A stretch of DNA of 64,000 nt from Podarcis liolepis (lineage: Eukaryota). Location: the NCBI GenBank assembly GCA_965112155.1, contig OZ218098.1; one strand, written 5' to 3'. Positions 25,891-37,700 of the stretch are shown piece after piece. The position numbers were made by a program, and so were the translations under genes. The notes beneath the pieces were generated by a model. That model was not told where the DNA came from and did no database searches. It was given only the letters and a program-made list of their open reading frames with translations. The first letter of the stretch is position 1, and every line of letters begins with the position of its first letter.

Positions 25891-26634
25891 CACATAACTA
25901 ATAAGGGTAGCTTCTCATGTGAATTCAGCCACGAGTGTTCAGATATTTTTTCCTCTGCCATGGCTGCTTCTCACTGACACTACTGTGAATTTATGTAAAT
26001 GCTTCGGGATCATGGCTTACTTTTCTTCTCCATTTTGTGAAACTAAGCTGTTAGACCTTTGGACCCAAGCCACTTCTATCACATGAGTGGAAGGCATGTG
26101 TGTGCATGTTTGTGTTTGTGTGTGTTGTGTCTGTCTGTCCATAGACAGCCTCCTTATGCTCCTTGACATGCCATCCTGGAGGCTCCCTGACTCTAGAACC
26201 AGTATGCAAAGGGACATGGGGGCTGCAGATGAGGGAGCATTAGCCTTTGTGAGAACCATGACTAAGCTGTGTAACTTGCTGGTACTTGTGGCAATGGAGT
26301 CTGCAACACATTATAGGCTATCGAGCATCACTTGACTCCCATCTTTCAGTGACTGCAGAAGTTATTGGATGTTGGGGAGGGTGGAACGCATGAAGAGAGA
26401 ACACAACAAAGTGTTGACTGGACTGTGAAATAGTGCTGATGCATCCCCAAACCTCGTTTTCTATTGACAAAGTGAATTAATTGCCTTTGTGAACTACACA
26501 TGTGACACAATAAGCTCCTAGTTTGTTGATGTTGAGCCACCCAAACCTGAACTGTTGGCAATTAGCATAATAGGGTTTTTCAAGCTATCACGTGAAGGAA
26601 GCTGAAAAACAACCTGAGTCTGTGCACCAGTGTC

Positions 26635-26815
26635 ATTTATTGATTTAATTTATATCCCTTTTCTCCAAGGACCCCAAGGTGGTTAACATGACTGTCCCTT
26701 CCCTGTTTTTCCTCACAACAGCCCTGTGAGGTAAGTTAAGCTGAGAGATGACCCAGTAAATTTCATGGCTGAGCAGGGTTTTGAACCCTGGTCTCCTAGG
26801 TCTTAGTCCAACACT
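26635..26815 (-). mobile_element. MIR/CORE-like SINE (related copy at ~51415-51535)
   Basis: cctcacaacagccctgtgaggtaagttaagctgagag...tttgaaccctggtctcctag pattern. Confidence 0.55.
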
Positions 26816-29800
26816 CCTGTGGCTATGATGTGCATAGTTGATGGGGGAAGAGAAATTAGAGAAAATTCTGAGTTATTATGTGCAGGTTTTCAACAGTGTT
26901 TTCAGTGTGAGGACTGAGGGGTGTGATGAAGAGTCCTGAGGTCCAAGAAGGATATGATATGACTGGAAACCACGTGAAGAAATGTACAGGGGAAACAAGT
27001 GAAGGGTGAAGGTGAAGTATGTGAAAATGGTCTATTCTAGGGAACGAGATAAATGATGTCTCCTCTCTAGAATGGCATTAGCATTGTCCCCTGCCCAATG
27101 CTAAACTGGACTGCACAGGACCAAAAGCTTGTCTGGAAGGAGAGCTGAAGTCTTCACTTTAAATGTGTTGCTGCGTTACAGCTTCACTGAAAGACTGAAA
27201 CGCCATGTATTTTTAATGTCTCCAAGGTCACGTTTCTTCCTGATTAGCCTACTTCCGTCTGTTCCTTTCTTTCTCCGCGCAATGTCTGAGCTGCTTCTCT
27301 ACCCAGTCATGAAATCAAATGTCAGAAACTACTCGGCCACAAAGCAATCCCATAGGGACGCCTGACCCACTTCTGTAAATATGCATCTGGTTTAGGTTGT
27401 TGGCTTTTCTTATTCCAAGGGTACATACATACAGATGGATCTTTACATGGGGGTTGCCGGGGCTTTTTCTCCCACAGGTCAAGCCCTGGCTCCCTGCTCC
27501 CATTCCTCTCATGTTTGACAAAGAGTACTTATCACTTAGTCAAACACTGAGCTCAATTATCTCTTTTGCTGCTCCCACCAATCTTCAGGTAGACTAGGTA
27601 CCTGTTTAAAAAAGAAGCCAGAGCATGACTTCATTTTCAGGGTATTATTATTATTTCCTTTTTTAAAGTATGCCACACTGCTCTAGGGGTGGGAAGGAGA
27701 CAGATTTGTCACACCACAAGCACCAACCAATATCTGTTGTGTGCAGTCGATTTTGGTTGGCAGAACTTATTTCTCCAGAGCTCAAAAGGGAATGGTATAC
27801 TGTATAGAACATGGTGAAGGTGCTTCTCCAGCAGGTGAGCTGTTTAAACAACATGTCTGTATGCAACTCAAAAAGGACCAAGTCTTAGTTTCCTGCCATC
27901 ATTTTTAATAGTGGCAACAGAAGCACAGATCAAGGAGCCAGAAAACCTTTCTTTGTCAAGTCGCTTCACCACTCTCCTGCTTTGTATCATCTAAACTGGA
28001 AGGGTAGTTAGTTCTGGTTCTTGTTTATTTATTTATTAAAATGTCACATTTTAAACCTGAGCTTTCAGGAATCGTAAAATAGTGTATGTGGAAATGAAGA
28101 ATTGGTCAACTTGTCATATAAATTAGAGATAAAAATATAGATTCGCAGTCACAGAGTTGGCTAAACTTTTTTATTTATTTCATCAGCTGGCCGTGATCCA
28201 GAAGGCATCATCTTGGCATTGCACAAGGGTATATACACATGTGTGCAAAAAATGCTCTGTGGAATGGAACAATGTTTCTCTCTTGTCTGAAGCAAGGCCA
28301 TTCCAATCAGTTGAACAAATACTATGAGTGAATAGGAGGGGCTGTTACCTCCACTTCAGGAAAGGGGAACTTGCGGCCTTGCAGCTGTTGGACTCCCAAC
28401 ATCAGCTACTACCAGCATGGCCTATAATTACAGGTGATGGAAACTGTAGTCCAGCAACATCTGGAGGCCCACAGGTTCCTCATCCTTTTCCTTATTAGAT
28501 CTTTAACCTGAAAACTCTGGGAAATCCTAATGCTTATGAGTGATATTCAACTAAATTTTATGCAGAGGAGACCTGTTGAAATTAATAGACCTAACTTAGC
28601 CATGTTTGTTAATTTCAGTGGGTCAGCTCTGAGTAAAACTTAGTTGAATACCCTCTGGTAATTTTCACATGGAAACTGATAGGATTTGAATGTGTGTTTT
28701 CTGCAAAAAGCGTGTCTAGTGAATGCACATTTGTGCAGGGTTGTTGTTTTTTAGTGTGCTGAATCTAGCTTCCTTTGTGTGGCTACACTTATGTATGCAT
28801 TGCTGAATGTTCTTGTGGATGGAAATGCGTTGAGGTTGTTCTAACACTGATCTTTCTTCCAAAAAACAAAAACAAACAAACAAAACCCTTAAATTGAAAG
28901 CTGTAATTTTGCAGCTGCTGAATTCACTGCTCCAGTGACTTCAGTGAGCTCCTTTGGACCATGCGTGACATCAGCCAGAAGGCCAGCAGTGGTCTTTTTC
29001 TTTGAATCTGCTACCTCCTTTCCCAAGAGTATTTTTCAGCCCAGCCTATGCAGCTATTTCCTCAGTGATGTGAATTGATTAGTGCTTGTTGTTTGATGTT
29101 CAAAATGGTGCTGGAGAGTTGGGTGTTAAGGTGGTGAAAAGCTCCCTCATTATTACTCTTATTTATCTGTGCTGACTGTGCTCTTGGCGTTTTTTTTTCT
29201 GGTTTTGTCATGTGGCACTGGCATGCTTTGAGGGCTTCTAAGGGCGTTCCATTTCAGAAGAATCCCTCTTCTTAGGTTCTGCTTTCTTGGTGTAGTTCCT
29301 TGATCAATTACAGCTAAGAAAGTGGGTGGGTGGGGGGATCCAATAAATCCCTTTATTGGTTATGTGCCCTGATTATATATTCATTTCAGTAATTCAAATC
29401 TCTGTTGACAATGTGTTCAACCAGATAATCTTCATTTTAGGTTAACTATTTATTTTCTGGTATTAAAAAGGATTCTGTTGCCAGTCATCTAGGCCACCCA
29501 TTTGTTAAGTGGTGCTTCTAGTACAGTAATGTTTCAATTTCCAACACTGGCCATTGTGTGTGTGTGTGCAATTTTTGTTTGTGAGGCTTACAATCCCTGA
29601 ATGGTGTGTATCAGTTAACACCTTTATGATGCTGTGTATCCTGTTGCTGTAGGAAACCTGGACAATTATTGTACTGTTTTCTGAAACTGCTGCTTAAAAG
29701 TAAAATTTAAAAAGAGCAAACTTCTTCTCTTGGAGAGTTTTAAAAATAACTTTTTTGTGAACTGTCATGTTAAATAAATATTCTAAATAGAACTAAATCC

Positions 29801-30235
29801 ATTCCTCCAGTGCCGTGAGGGTTTTGTTTATGTGTTTAACTTCTATTTCTGCACTTCACAACATTGGCTGGATGTAGAGAGGTACTTGTCTCCATTTTTC
29901 AATTTGAGAATCAAGAGTACACCTATCCTGGCCTACATACTAATTACTCATTGACCTTAATTGGCTGTTTTAAATGGGCTTGTGAATTCTCCTGCACAAA
30001 TCCAGATTGTGATACAATATCCTGGGGGGGGGAAATATTCTACAAGTTTCCTGGTTAACACTTATGACAGCATGGTAAAAATCTACCTGAAATTTCACCT
30101 CAAAGAAACACCGAAAAATCTAGCCCTCAAGAGCTAGGATAACACCTGCAGGTTTAATGTAATAACATATGCACTAACCTCCCAGAAAGGGAGCCCAAAT
30201 AGGTCCTAGAAACCTTTCAGCACCCTAGAGCCAAG

Positions 30236-30332
30236 CTGTTTTTGAACTCTGCTAAAAGCCAAGCTGGAGGGTACTTGAATATAATTTGATAAAGCTTCAG
30301 CTTGCTTACCAAGTTTAAAGTCAGGACCCTCC

Positions 30333-30378
<46 letters not shown>

Positions 30379-30381
30379 ACA
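30236..30381 (+). repeat. Dispersed inverted duplication, copy 1 (~95 bp unique + (CT)n(CA)n)
   Basis: Reverse complement of 44909-45083 with a few substitutions. Confidence 0.9.
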
Positions 30382-31300
30382 AATTGGAAGACCAGGCAGG
30401 CAAATATTGTAGATGTTTTCCATCTGGGATAACTTCCCTTTAATGTATTGAGCTGGACTAGAAGATCAAGGTTCCTTTTGTGAAACTGAACTGGCTCCTT
30501 AGTTTCTCCACAGATGGTCTTAATGTTGAAATGTTGAATCTTGCTATATCAAGAAGGCTGGTGCCACGCATCACTAATGCAGTACCATTTAAAGGCCATT
30601 CTGCTTCCATGGAAACACAACTACGCAAGACAAATGTGCGTGTGCACATCCCTACAGACTCCGGGCTCATTGTGTGATGCCAAGATAGTGACACAGACAC
30701 AAGTTAGGCATTTATCACTTTCAGAGCCTCACACCTTCCCTGTGGGATTTATGCTAGAAAACAGAACAGCCAATCTACTGCCTTAGCACTATGTCTTAAA
30801 TTCTCCTGAATTGTCTGAACTGGGAATTTTAAGTGTTTCATTTGAGTGACAGCTGAATAAAACTGGGTAACCTGGACATGTCCTGCATTTCCCCTTTCCC
30901 TAAATTCTTTCTTAAACACTGGATGGTCTTCCCCCCCCCCCCAAAAAGCAAGAGTCACATGGTTCATTTTGGTGCCTGCTTCTCTCCATTCCCCCACCCT
31001 CAACAGAACAGGCGACTGCCATCTGCTGGCCACTTGTAATTTTTTTCCTGGTTGGCATAGTTAGCTCTGCCCACCTTATGACATTAAAAAAGTGGGTGTG
31101 GATTGTGATTTCACTGTGATAGTTGCTGTATCAAAATACCAGAACCAGCAGGATGCAGTTATGTTTCCCCACCATAAAGTGCAGAAGGAAAAGGAGGCAT
31201 ATCCCAGACCCAAGGATCCTCTATGAACCTTTGCTATGATGATGGTGCAATAGATGTAATACACTGAGGCCCTTCACTTGGAGAGATTCCAAATCACTTA

Positions 31301-31559
31301 CCGTATTTTTCGCTCTATAAGATGTACCAGACCACAAGACGCACCTAGTTTTTGGAGGAGGAAAACAAGAAAAAAAATATTCTGAATCTCAGAAACCAGA
31401 ACAGCAAGAGGGATCACTCCGCAGTGAAAGCAGCAATCCCTCTTGCTGTTCTGGCTTCTGGGATAGCTGCGCAGCCTGCATTCACTCCATAAGACGCACA
31501 CACATTTCCCCTTACTTTTTAGGAGGAGGAAAGTGAGTCTTATAGAGCAAAAAATACGG
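31301..31559. mobile_element. Tigger/pogo-type MITE
   Basis: TIR CCGTATTTTT(C/T)GCTCTATAAGA, TA TSD, internal hairpin ccagaacagcaagagggat/atccctcttgctgttctgg. Confidence 0.9.
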
Positions 31560-31639
31560 TAGTTCAGTTACCCATCACTTTCATTCATTAAGTTTACATT
31601 GTGCCTTCAGTGCAGAGTCCTAATGCAAGTTACTGCATA

Positions 31640-32130
31640 AGTAAGGGGGGACACATACATTAAGATTAAAACAAGAGCAACTAAAAAGCAAGTCCATCAG
31701 AGATTTAAAATGTGGAAAGCCAAAAAGGCTTTTTACTTGGTCTCAAAAAGACTGTAGTGCAAGAAACAGGCAAGCCTCCATACAGAGAATGCTTCACAAA
31801 TGGGTGCCACGACTGTGATGCCTGTCTACATGTGTCCCAGCTGCCTTGATGCAGATAGCAGGAACACCTCTAGGAAGGCTTTGTGGGTTATTTAAGTGTA
31901 TGGGGAGGCTCATACTGAGGTACATCTGGATAGGTACCCATGCCATATAGGGCTTTTGAAGGTAAGCACTCGCAGGCCAAACCATGCAAGGAAATGGAGC
32001 AGAAGCCAGTGGAACGTTTTGAGCACTGGCAAAATACACTCCCACCAATGGGGCCCAGCTAGTATCCTAGTGACCATGTTTAGGACCAATTAATTAACTG
32101 TAGTCCATTCTGGAAGTTACCGAAGCATGG
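31640..32130 (-). mobile_element. L2-like LINE fragment
   Basis: Degenerate L2 ORF2/3' end pattern (gggtgccacgactg..., gaagccagtggaacg...); boundaries approximate. Confidence 0.5.
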
Positions 32131-33462
32131 AAGACTCTTTCTAAACAAAAGACACTTGTGTTGAACCCCTGGCGCAAGAGATTTTATGAAAGGTACAGTG
32201 AAAATGAACCATGAATTTCAAATGCTGGACTACAAAAGGTAAAAAGAAGGAAACAATGCAACAGAATGGATGCTGGCATTTATTTATTTTGCGGTGGGGA
32301 GTTTTGTTGGCAAACTCAAGAAATAACAGTAAGTTTGAAAGCATTCCAATACATTTTTCCACTATCCCATACTCCCTTTGGGAACGCCAGAATGGCTTAC
32401 ATGGGAGCTTGCTGTAGACTCCCTTTCAGTACTGATGAGTCAAAATACCTTTTTAAAAAATCCCACCAAACTTAAGATATTATTGCAAATGTCTTAGGTG
32501 TTTTAATTTTGAATTGCAACCTGCCCTGGGACTGGCTGGGGAAATGCAGGTAATAAAATTTAATAATCTAAAATAATGGTTGGCTACACAGCAGTCTGGC
32601 TGCAATACACAGGAACTTGAATACTGTACTTGAAGCACCTCCATTGGAGGTCAATTGATTGAGCATTAAGATGCAGCATATCTTTCAAAAACACTGTTCC
32701 TGTTTATTTAAATGAGGTAAAATTAGAGACTCAAGAACCTTTTGCAGCAGATTTATATCTGACTTTTTAAATGCATTTTCAAAATGTAGTTTCAGCTAGG
32801 TACGGGAAATCAGACATATGGAAATCAGAGGCCAGATGATGTTCTGCAATCTGATTGTTCTCTTATGAAGAAGCTCTATGAGTGGCTATCTCAAGACTGA
32901 GCAAGGCACAAGACCACCTCTCCTCCAGGATTATTTTTCTGTCTAAATGGCTACTAGCCATGATGACTATGCTCTGTGTCCACAGTTGGAGGTCACAATG
33001 CTTCTGAATACCAGCTGCTGGAAAATCACAGGAGAAGAGGATGTTCTTGTACATGAATTCTGCTTGCAGGTTTCCCAGAGGTACCTGTGAGAGCAGGATG
33101 CGGGAATAGAAAGGTGACTGCCCTGATCCGGCATACTTTTCTGATGTTCTTAAGAATATTTTTTCTAGGAAGCCGGAGTAGATCCATCTCCTGCAATAGC
33201 AACAGAGCTGAGGACAGAAGCTTTACTGACTCACGGCCAGGTCCAGTTGCCCTGTGTCTATACCATAGATATGGCGGAGGTGGGAGAATGTTTTGAAAGC
33301 AAAAGCATCTGGTTTCACAGAAAACAGCAAAGACAGAAAGATCAATTATCTTAAATCCCAATTTATCTCAGTGGGAGCTTTGTTTGGTAGTGAGAGTGGA
33401 GCCTCATGTTGATTCCACCACCCTCAAAATGAGAGGCCTAACCCTAACAAACCTTTTACCAG

Positions 33463-33606
33463 TTACAGATAGGTAGCCATGTTGGTCTGCCATAGTCAAA
33501 ATAAAAAAATTCCTTCCAGTAGCACCTTAAAGACCAACTAAGTTAGTTGAACTAAGAACTAACTTAGTTGGTCTTTAAGGTGCTACTGGAAGGATTTTTT
33601 TTATTT
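33463..33606 (-). mobile_element. Miniature Penelope-type insertion: tail + inverted repeat, 14-bp TSD
   Basis: TSD AAACCTTTTACCAG at 33449-33462 and 33607-33620; arms 33499-33548/33557-33606 (1 mismatch); GGTAGCC..TGTTGGTCTG and CCAGTAGCACCTTAAAGACCAAC resemble reptile Penelope termini. Confidence 0.75.
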
Positions 33607-33649
33607 AAACCTTTTACCAGACAAACTTCTAGCACCATTCCGAACGGCC

Positions 33650-34750
33650 AAGCAGACAGATGCAAAGGACGATTGGGAGGGAAAAGCCCTGCTGCGTGAC
33701 AACTGCACCCCTCAAGTCTCTACTGCGCAGGCAGGCTTACAGTAGAGAAGCGACGGGGAAGCACAGGCGATAGACGGGAACCGGCTTTCAGCGAACTTCG
33801 CCCCGCTCCAACCCTGCCGCTTTCTCCTTTCCTCCTTCCCCTTGTAAACAAACTCACGCACACGTGCAAGCGCAAGCCGGGGTCCCAGTGCGCACGTGCC
33901 TTCTCGGGGCAACGATGGAACGTGTTTTGGCGGCGCCTTACTCTCCTTTTACGGGAGAAGACACCCATTTTGCCCCCACGAGGGCGGGATCGGAAACCTC
34001 TTCGCTTCCCACCCGGCGCGAAGTTCCTGTCTAGCCCATCTCAGAATCCATGCGCCTTCTATCACTTCCTTCCTTCCTCTACTAGGCCGGTGCTGCGGGG
34101 GTGGGGTTCATCCGAGATCCCCTTGGCACGGAGAAACAAATCGCTCGGGGCTGCGATCTTAATCATCGCTCCAACCTCCAATCTATTTTGTGCCCGTCGA
34201 AGAGGAGTGGCACGAAAGTTCGCGAAACAGTGTGCACGGTCATTTTTCGCATCCTCTCGAATACACACATTAACAGATCTCGCGGCTGCGTTTCATAGGA
34301 TAACACAGTGCCTGCTGGCGCTACTTCATACTGGGCGACGCTCCCCTCCCGCTCAACGAGGAGCCCAGTCACCGCGGGGGCTCCTGAGCAGCAGCCTCCC
34401 ACCCACACGGCGCCAGGCTTTCCTCCTACCACGTTCCCAGCTGCAAACTCGACTCCCTGCAGCCATTCAGCCTGAAAAGAACGTCAGGACCTATCGCGGC
34501 TCGCCTCTTCCTCCCACGCCGCCCTCGGCCCCTCCATTGGCCCCGCCCATCCAGGGTGTCCCCGCCCACTTTCCCCGCCTCTCTCCTCCTCAGCTTCATG
34601 CGGGTCTGCAGTGAGGCATTGTGGGAAACTCCCAGGGTATTTTCCTCCCCCTCCTTTCCCCCTGCTCTTCATCCGTTCCTCCTCTCTGCGGAACAGCCAG
34701 CTTCCAAGGTGTGACATCAGCAAACAGAAGCCCTAAGGTGGAAGTAAAGG
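33650..34750. promoter_or_regulatory. CpG island without an adjacent coding exon (candidate distal promoter)
   Basis: Dense CpGs; CACGTG at 33861 and 33893, TGTAAACA at 33843, ATTGG+CCCCGCCC near 34536-34548, TGACATCA at 34712; boundaries approximate. Confidence 0.75.
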
Positions 34751-37700
34751 TATGGGTCGTTTGTTTTACCCTCGGCCTTCTGGAACATTATAGAAGACAT
34801 CCCCCCCCCCCAGTAAGGGAAATAGGCAGGCGAAGAGGGATGTGCACGGAGGAGGGGGGGGGATGGTGGAGGGGAATGTTTTTGCATGCAGGTGAATAGA
34901 GGTAGAGCTGCTTGTTTAAAGCTGCTTGGGCATCTCTGAGAGCGGGAGAGGTCACTGGGTTGCTGAGATAAAAGTATTTCAGTCGGCAGCCCTGGCTTTC
35001 CTTGGTGCATTTGTCCTGATTCTGGCAACTGATGGCACCTGAGCAAAGTAGGAACGGGGCGGGGGCAGGGGGAGAACACCTGTGAAATGCGTTTTGAGTT
35101 CTACACCCAGGGCTCCTGTGCCACGTTTTCTTCCTTGAAGGTCAGATGGTGGGTGTGAGCAGAAGCCGAATTCCGACGTCCTACCTAACCTGGGGGTTAT
35201 ATAGCACGACAGAACGTCATCTGCGTTTTGATTTGGTCATTGTGCAGCCAGTGCTGCCTAAGCATAACGATTGCAGTGGCTGCCCAGGAGAATTTCTGGC
35301 AAGACTTTTTCAGGAGAAGATTTAACACCCGTCCCTGAGAAATAGATGAGAATTACAGCATGTTGGCACAATCTAGCAACGCAGCTATTTTTTATAATTT
35401 AAAATTAGAAAGTGGGGCTGATGCTAAATCAGGTGTGTTTATTTAAGGCATCTTTCATAAACTAAAAATAGATAGAATTGGGAGAGAAATAGGCACCACT
35501 CTTTGTTTTAATCTTGTAACATTAATGGCACACTTTTCTATCTTGAATAATCCTTTATGCTGTATTTTGCATTGGGTGTTTCATTCTCTTTCCTTATTTA
35601 GCCATCAATCCTGCATGTAAGATGCCAAACCAAACATTGGCTTGCTTGATCAAACCTTTTGAAATTTTAAGCTTAGGGTTGTATGCCCTCCCCCCTCCAC
35701 TTTATGCTAGAAAAGTGTGTATCTGCGCCTGTAAAATTCTATTAAAACAAAAGGGGTAGTTCAATGATGCACACTTCTTCTGATATTTTACATCTATCTA
35801 AAACTAGTTGGGAAATGGGAGGAACCTAGTGGTAAAGTGGTAGTTGCTCTTAGCTCTAGAATAGGCCCTTGTGCATTGTTCCTGGGGGAAGGGGGGGGAG
35901 GAAACACTCAACCTAGTGGGTATTTGAATTCATGCTGAGCTATGGGGCACCTGTATGATGCTGGAAGTTCTAATATTTAGTGTATTTCTGCCTTCGTACT
36001 GCCATGTATTCTTCACCTTGTGCCTGGAAAATACCTGTTGGTGTGGCCTTTTCCTTTAAAAAAGAGTGCCAGGTTTTTCCAAGCATTCAGAAGTTGAGGC
36101 TTTAAAGCTCTCAAACGAGGGCTGACCCTCCCCCCAATGCTGAGCAGCCTGCAATTGCTAGGAGGTATTAGCGTACTTCACTAACTGAAAACTGGAGATT
36201 TCTGGAAATCTTCACCCTTCAGCTATAGTAAGTCCCATTGAAATCAGAGTGGACATGTGTACAACTGCACTGCTGGGGTAGGATTGCTTGAGGTTGTTTA
36301 TTTTGAAGGCCTGACCCTTATTCCATAACTCTGAATTATAGTTTCAGCAAAATACAATTGATACCTTTATTATATCTAGAACATTCCTGTTCCATAGCAC
36401 TCTATGGAATACCTTCACCAGAGATCCAAAATACAAATTGGGTAACAATTCAGAGCAAGCTATGTGCCCTCAAGTTCCTTTTAATTCAGCACACCCTTCC
36501 TTATGCAGGTTTTCTATTTGTTCTTTAATGGGGATTCAGTAATGCTTAACTTGCAAAGGTATTTGCTCTTATTTTTTTTATTGAACAGCCTTAGGGCGCG
36601 TGTTTTGGTATATCATAGCTGTCCAGTATTTCCCAAGCTTGGGTTACATGATCATCTCCTTTACATAGTTGCCAAAAGAAGGGGAACATTCATTCTCTTT
36701 CTGCCATTGTGGGTGATGCTGGTGGAGCAATTAAGGGAAACTAGGATGCCCAGAAATCAACCAGCTTCTTTGCAGGCTTTCCTTATTATTAGACATGCAG
36801 AACATCTGATCTCTTGGGCCTGCATTTTCATGCTTTCACCAATGAGTTCTGGATGAAAGCTACTTTGAAAGCTACTTCTACCGCTATCTTCTAAAGATGT
36901 GGCAACAATAAAACTCAAGACTCTCATAGAGTCCTGGTGTTCTTGGTCTCCTTTACCATCACTTGCGCCTCTGGCATTTTTCCATTGCTGCCTCTTGGCA
37001 AGCGTCAGGCCTCCATTTCTTTATGGTCAGGCCTTTGCTCGCTGCAGCAGAAGGAAGGAAGAATTTACTGGCTTCCTTTCCCCCCTCAATAACATTGCAA
37101 TAAATAATCCCTCATGGAGAGTGTGTGTGGATGATGAGTCAATGATGCTTATATATTTTCCACTACATAATGTCCTTCTCAGCATTACTGGGGAATAAGT
37201 AAGAGGGGAAGCACAGTTTTTGTTGGTTAGTGAGGTAGAGTCTGAGTAGGCCTGAGCTTTCCATGGCCACCCCAGGGAGCTTGTGCTGTTCTTTGCTAAA
37301 GGTCGTTGCCTCAAGCTGGGTCAGGATCTCTGTCTGCAATGGCTTCTTGAATTTCAAGTGCGACACGGCAGCTTTGAGCCAGCGCCTGCAATGTTTGGGG
37401 CCTTGCAAGATTTCCAACCCAGTCATTTGTCTGCCATAGCAGAGCAAACAGGGGAATTATTGGGTGACACATCCGGGGCATAGCTTTGAATTGAGTTACA
37501 GGGAAACAGAAGTTACTAGTTATCAGGAACGCTGATAAGATAAACAGAGCCATCATTCTGAATGGAGCCATTGTTCATCATTGTTTTGTGGCACTGGAGT
37601 TTTTTGTTCTTCTTCTTATGGTTTTATCTATCTCTGTATTCAACAAGCAGAGAGAAGGAAAAGTCCATGGGCCCGCCATGGCTTGTATACAGAAAGAAAA

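Noticed and set aside
27250-27295. Minus-strand QLRHCAEKERNRRK resembling a bHLH basic region
   Set aside because: Immediately followed by a stop, with no helix-loop-helix continuation or supporting splice sites.
30215-30235. TTCAGCACC half-site as a possible REST/RE1 element for neuronal CEND1
   Set aside because: The right half (GGACAG) is absent.
30514-30677. Possible + strand terminal exon after tttctccacag
   Set aside because: Translation unrecognisable and no upstream partner exon identified.
33922-34614. 230-aa ORF in the CpG island
   Set aside because: Non-ATG start, Pro/Arg/Ser-rich composition expected from GC-rich DNA with few stops, and no homology recognised.
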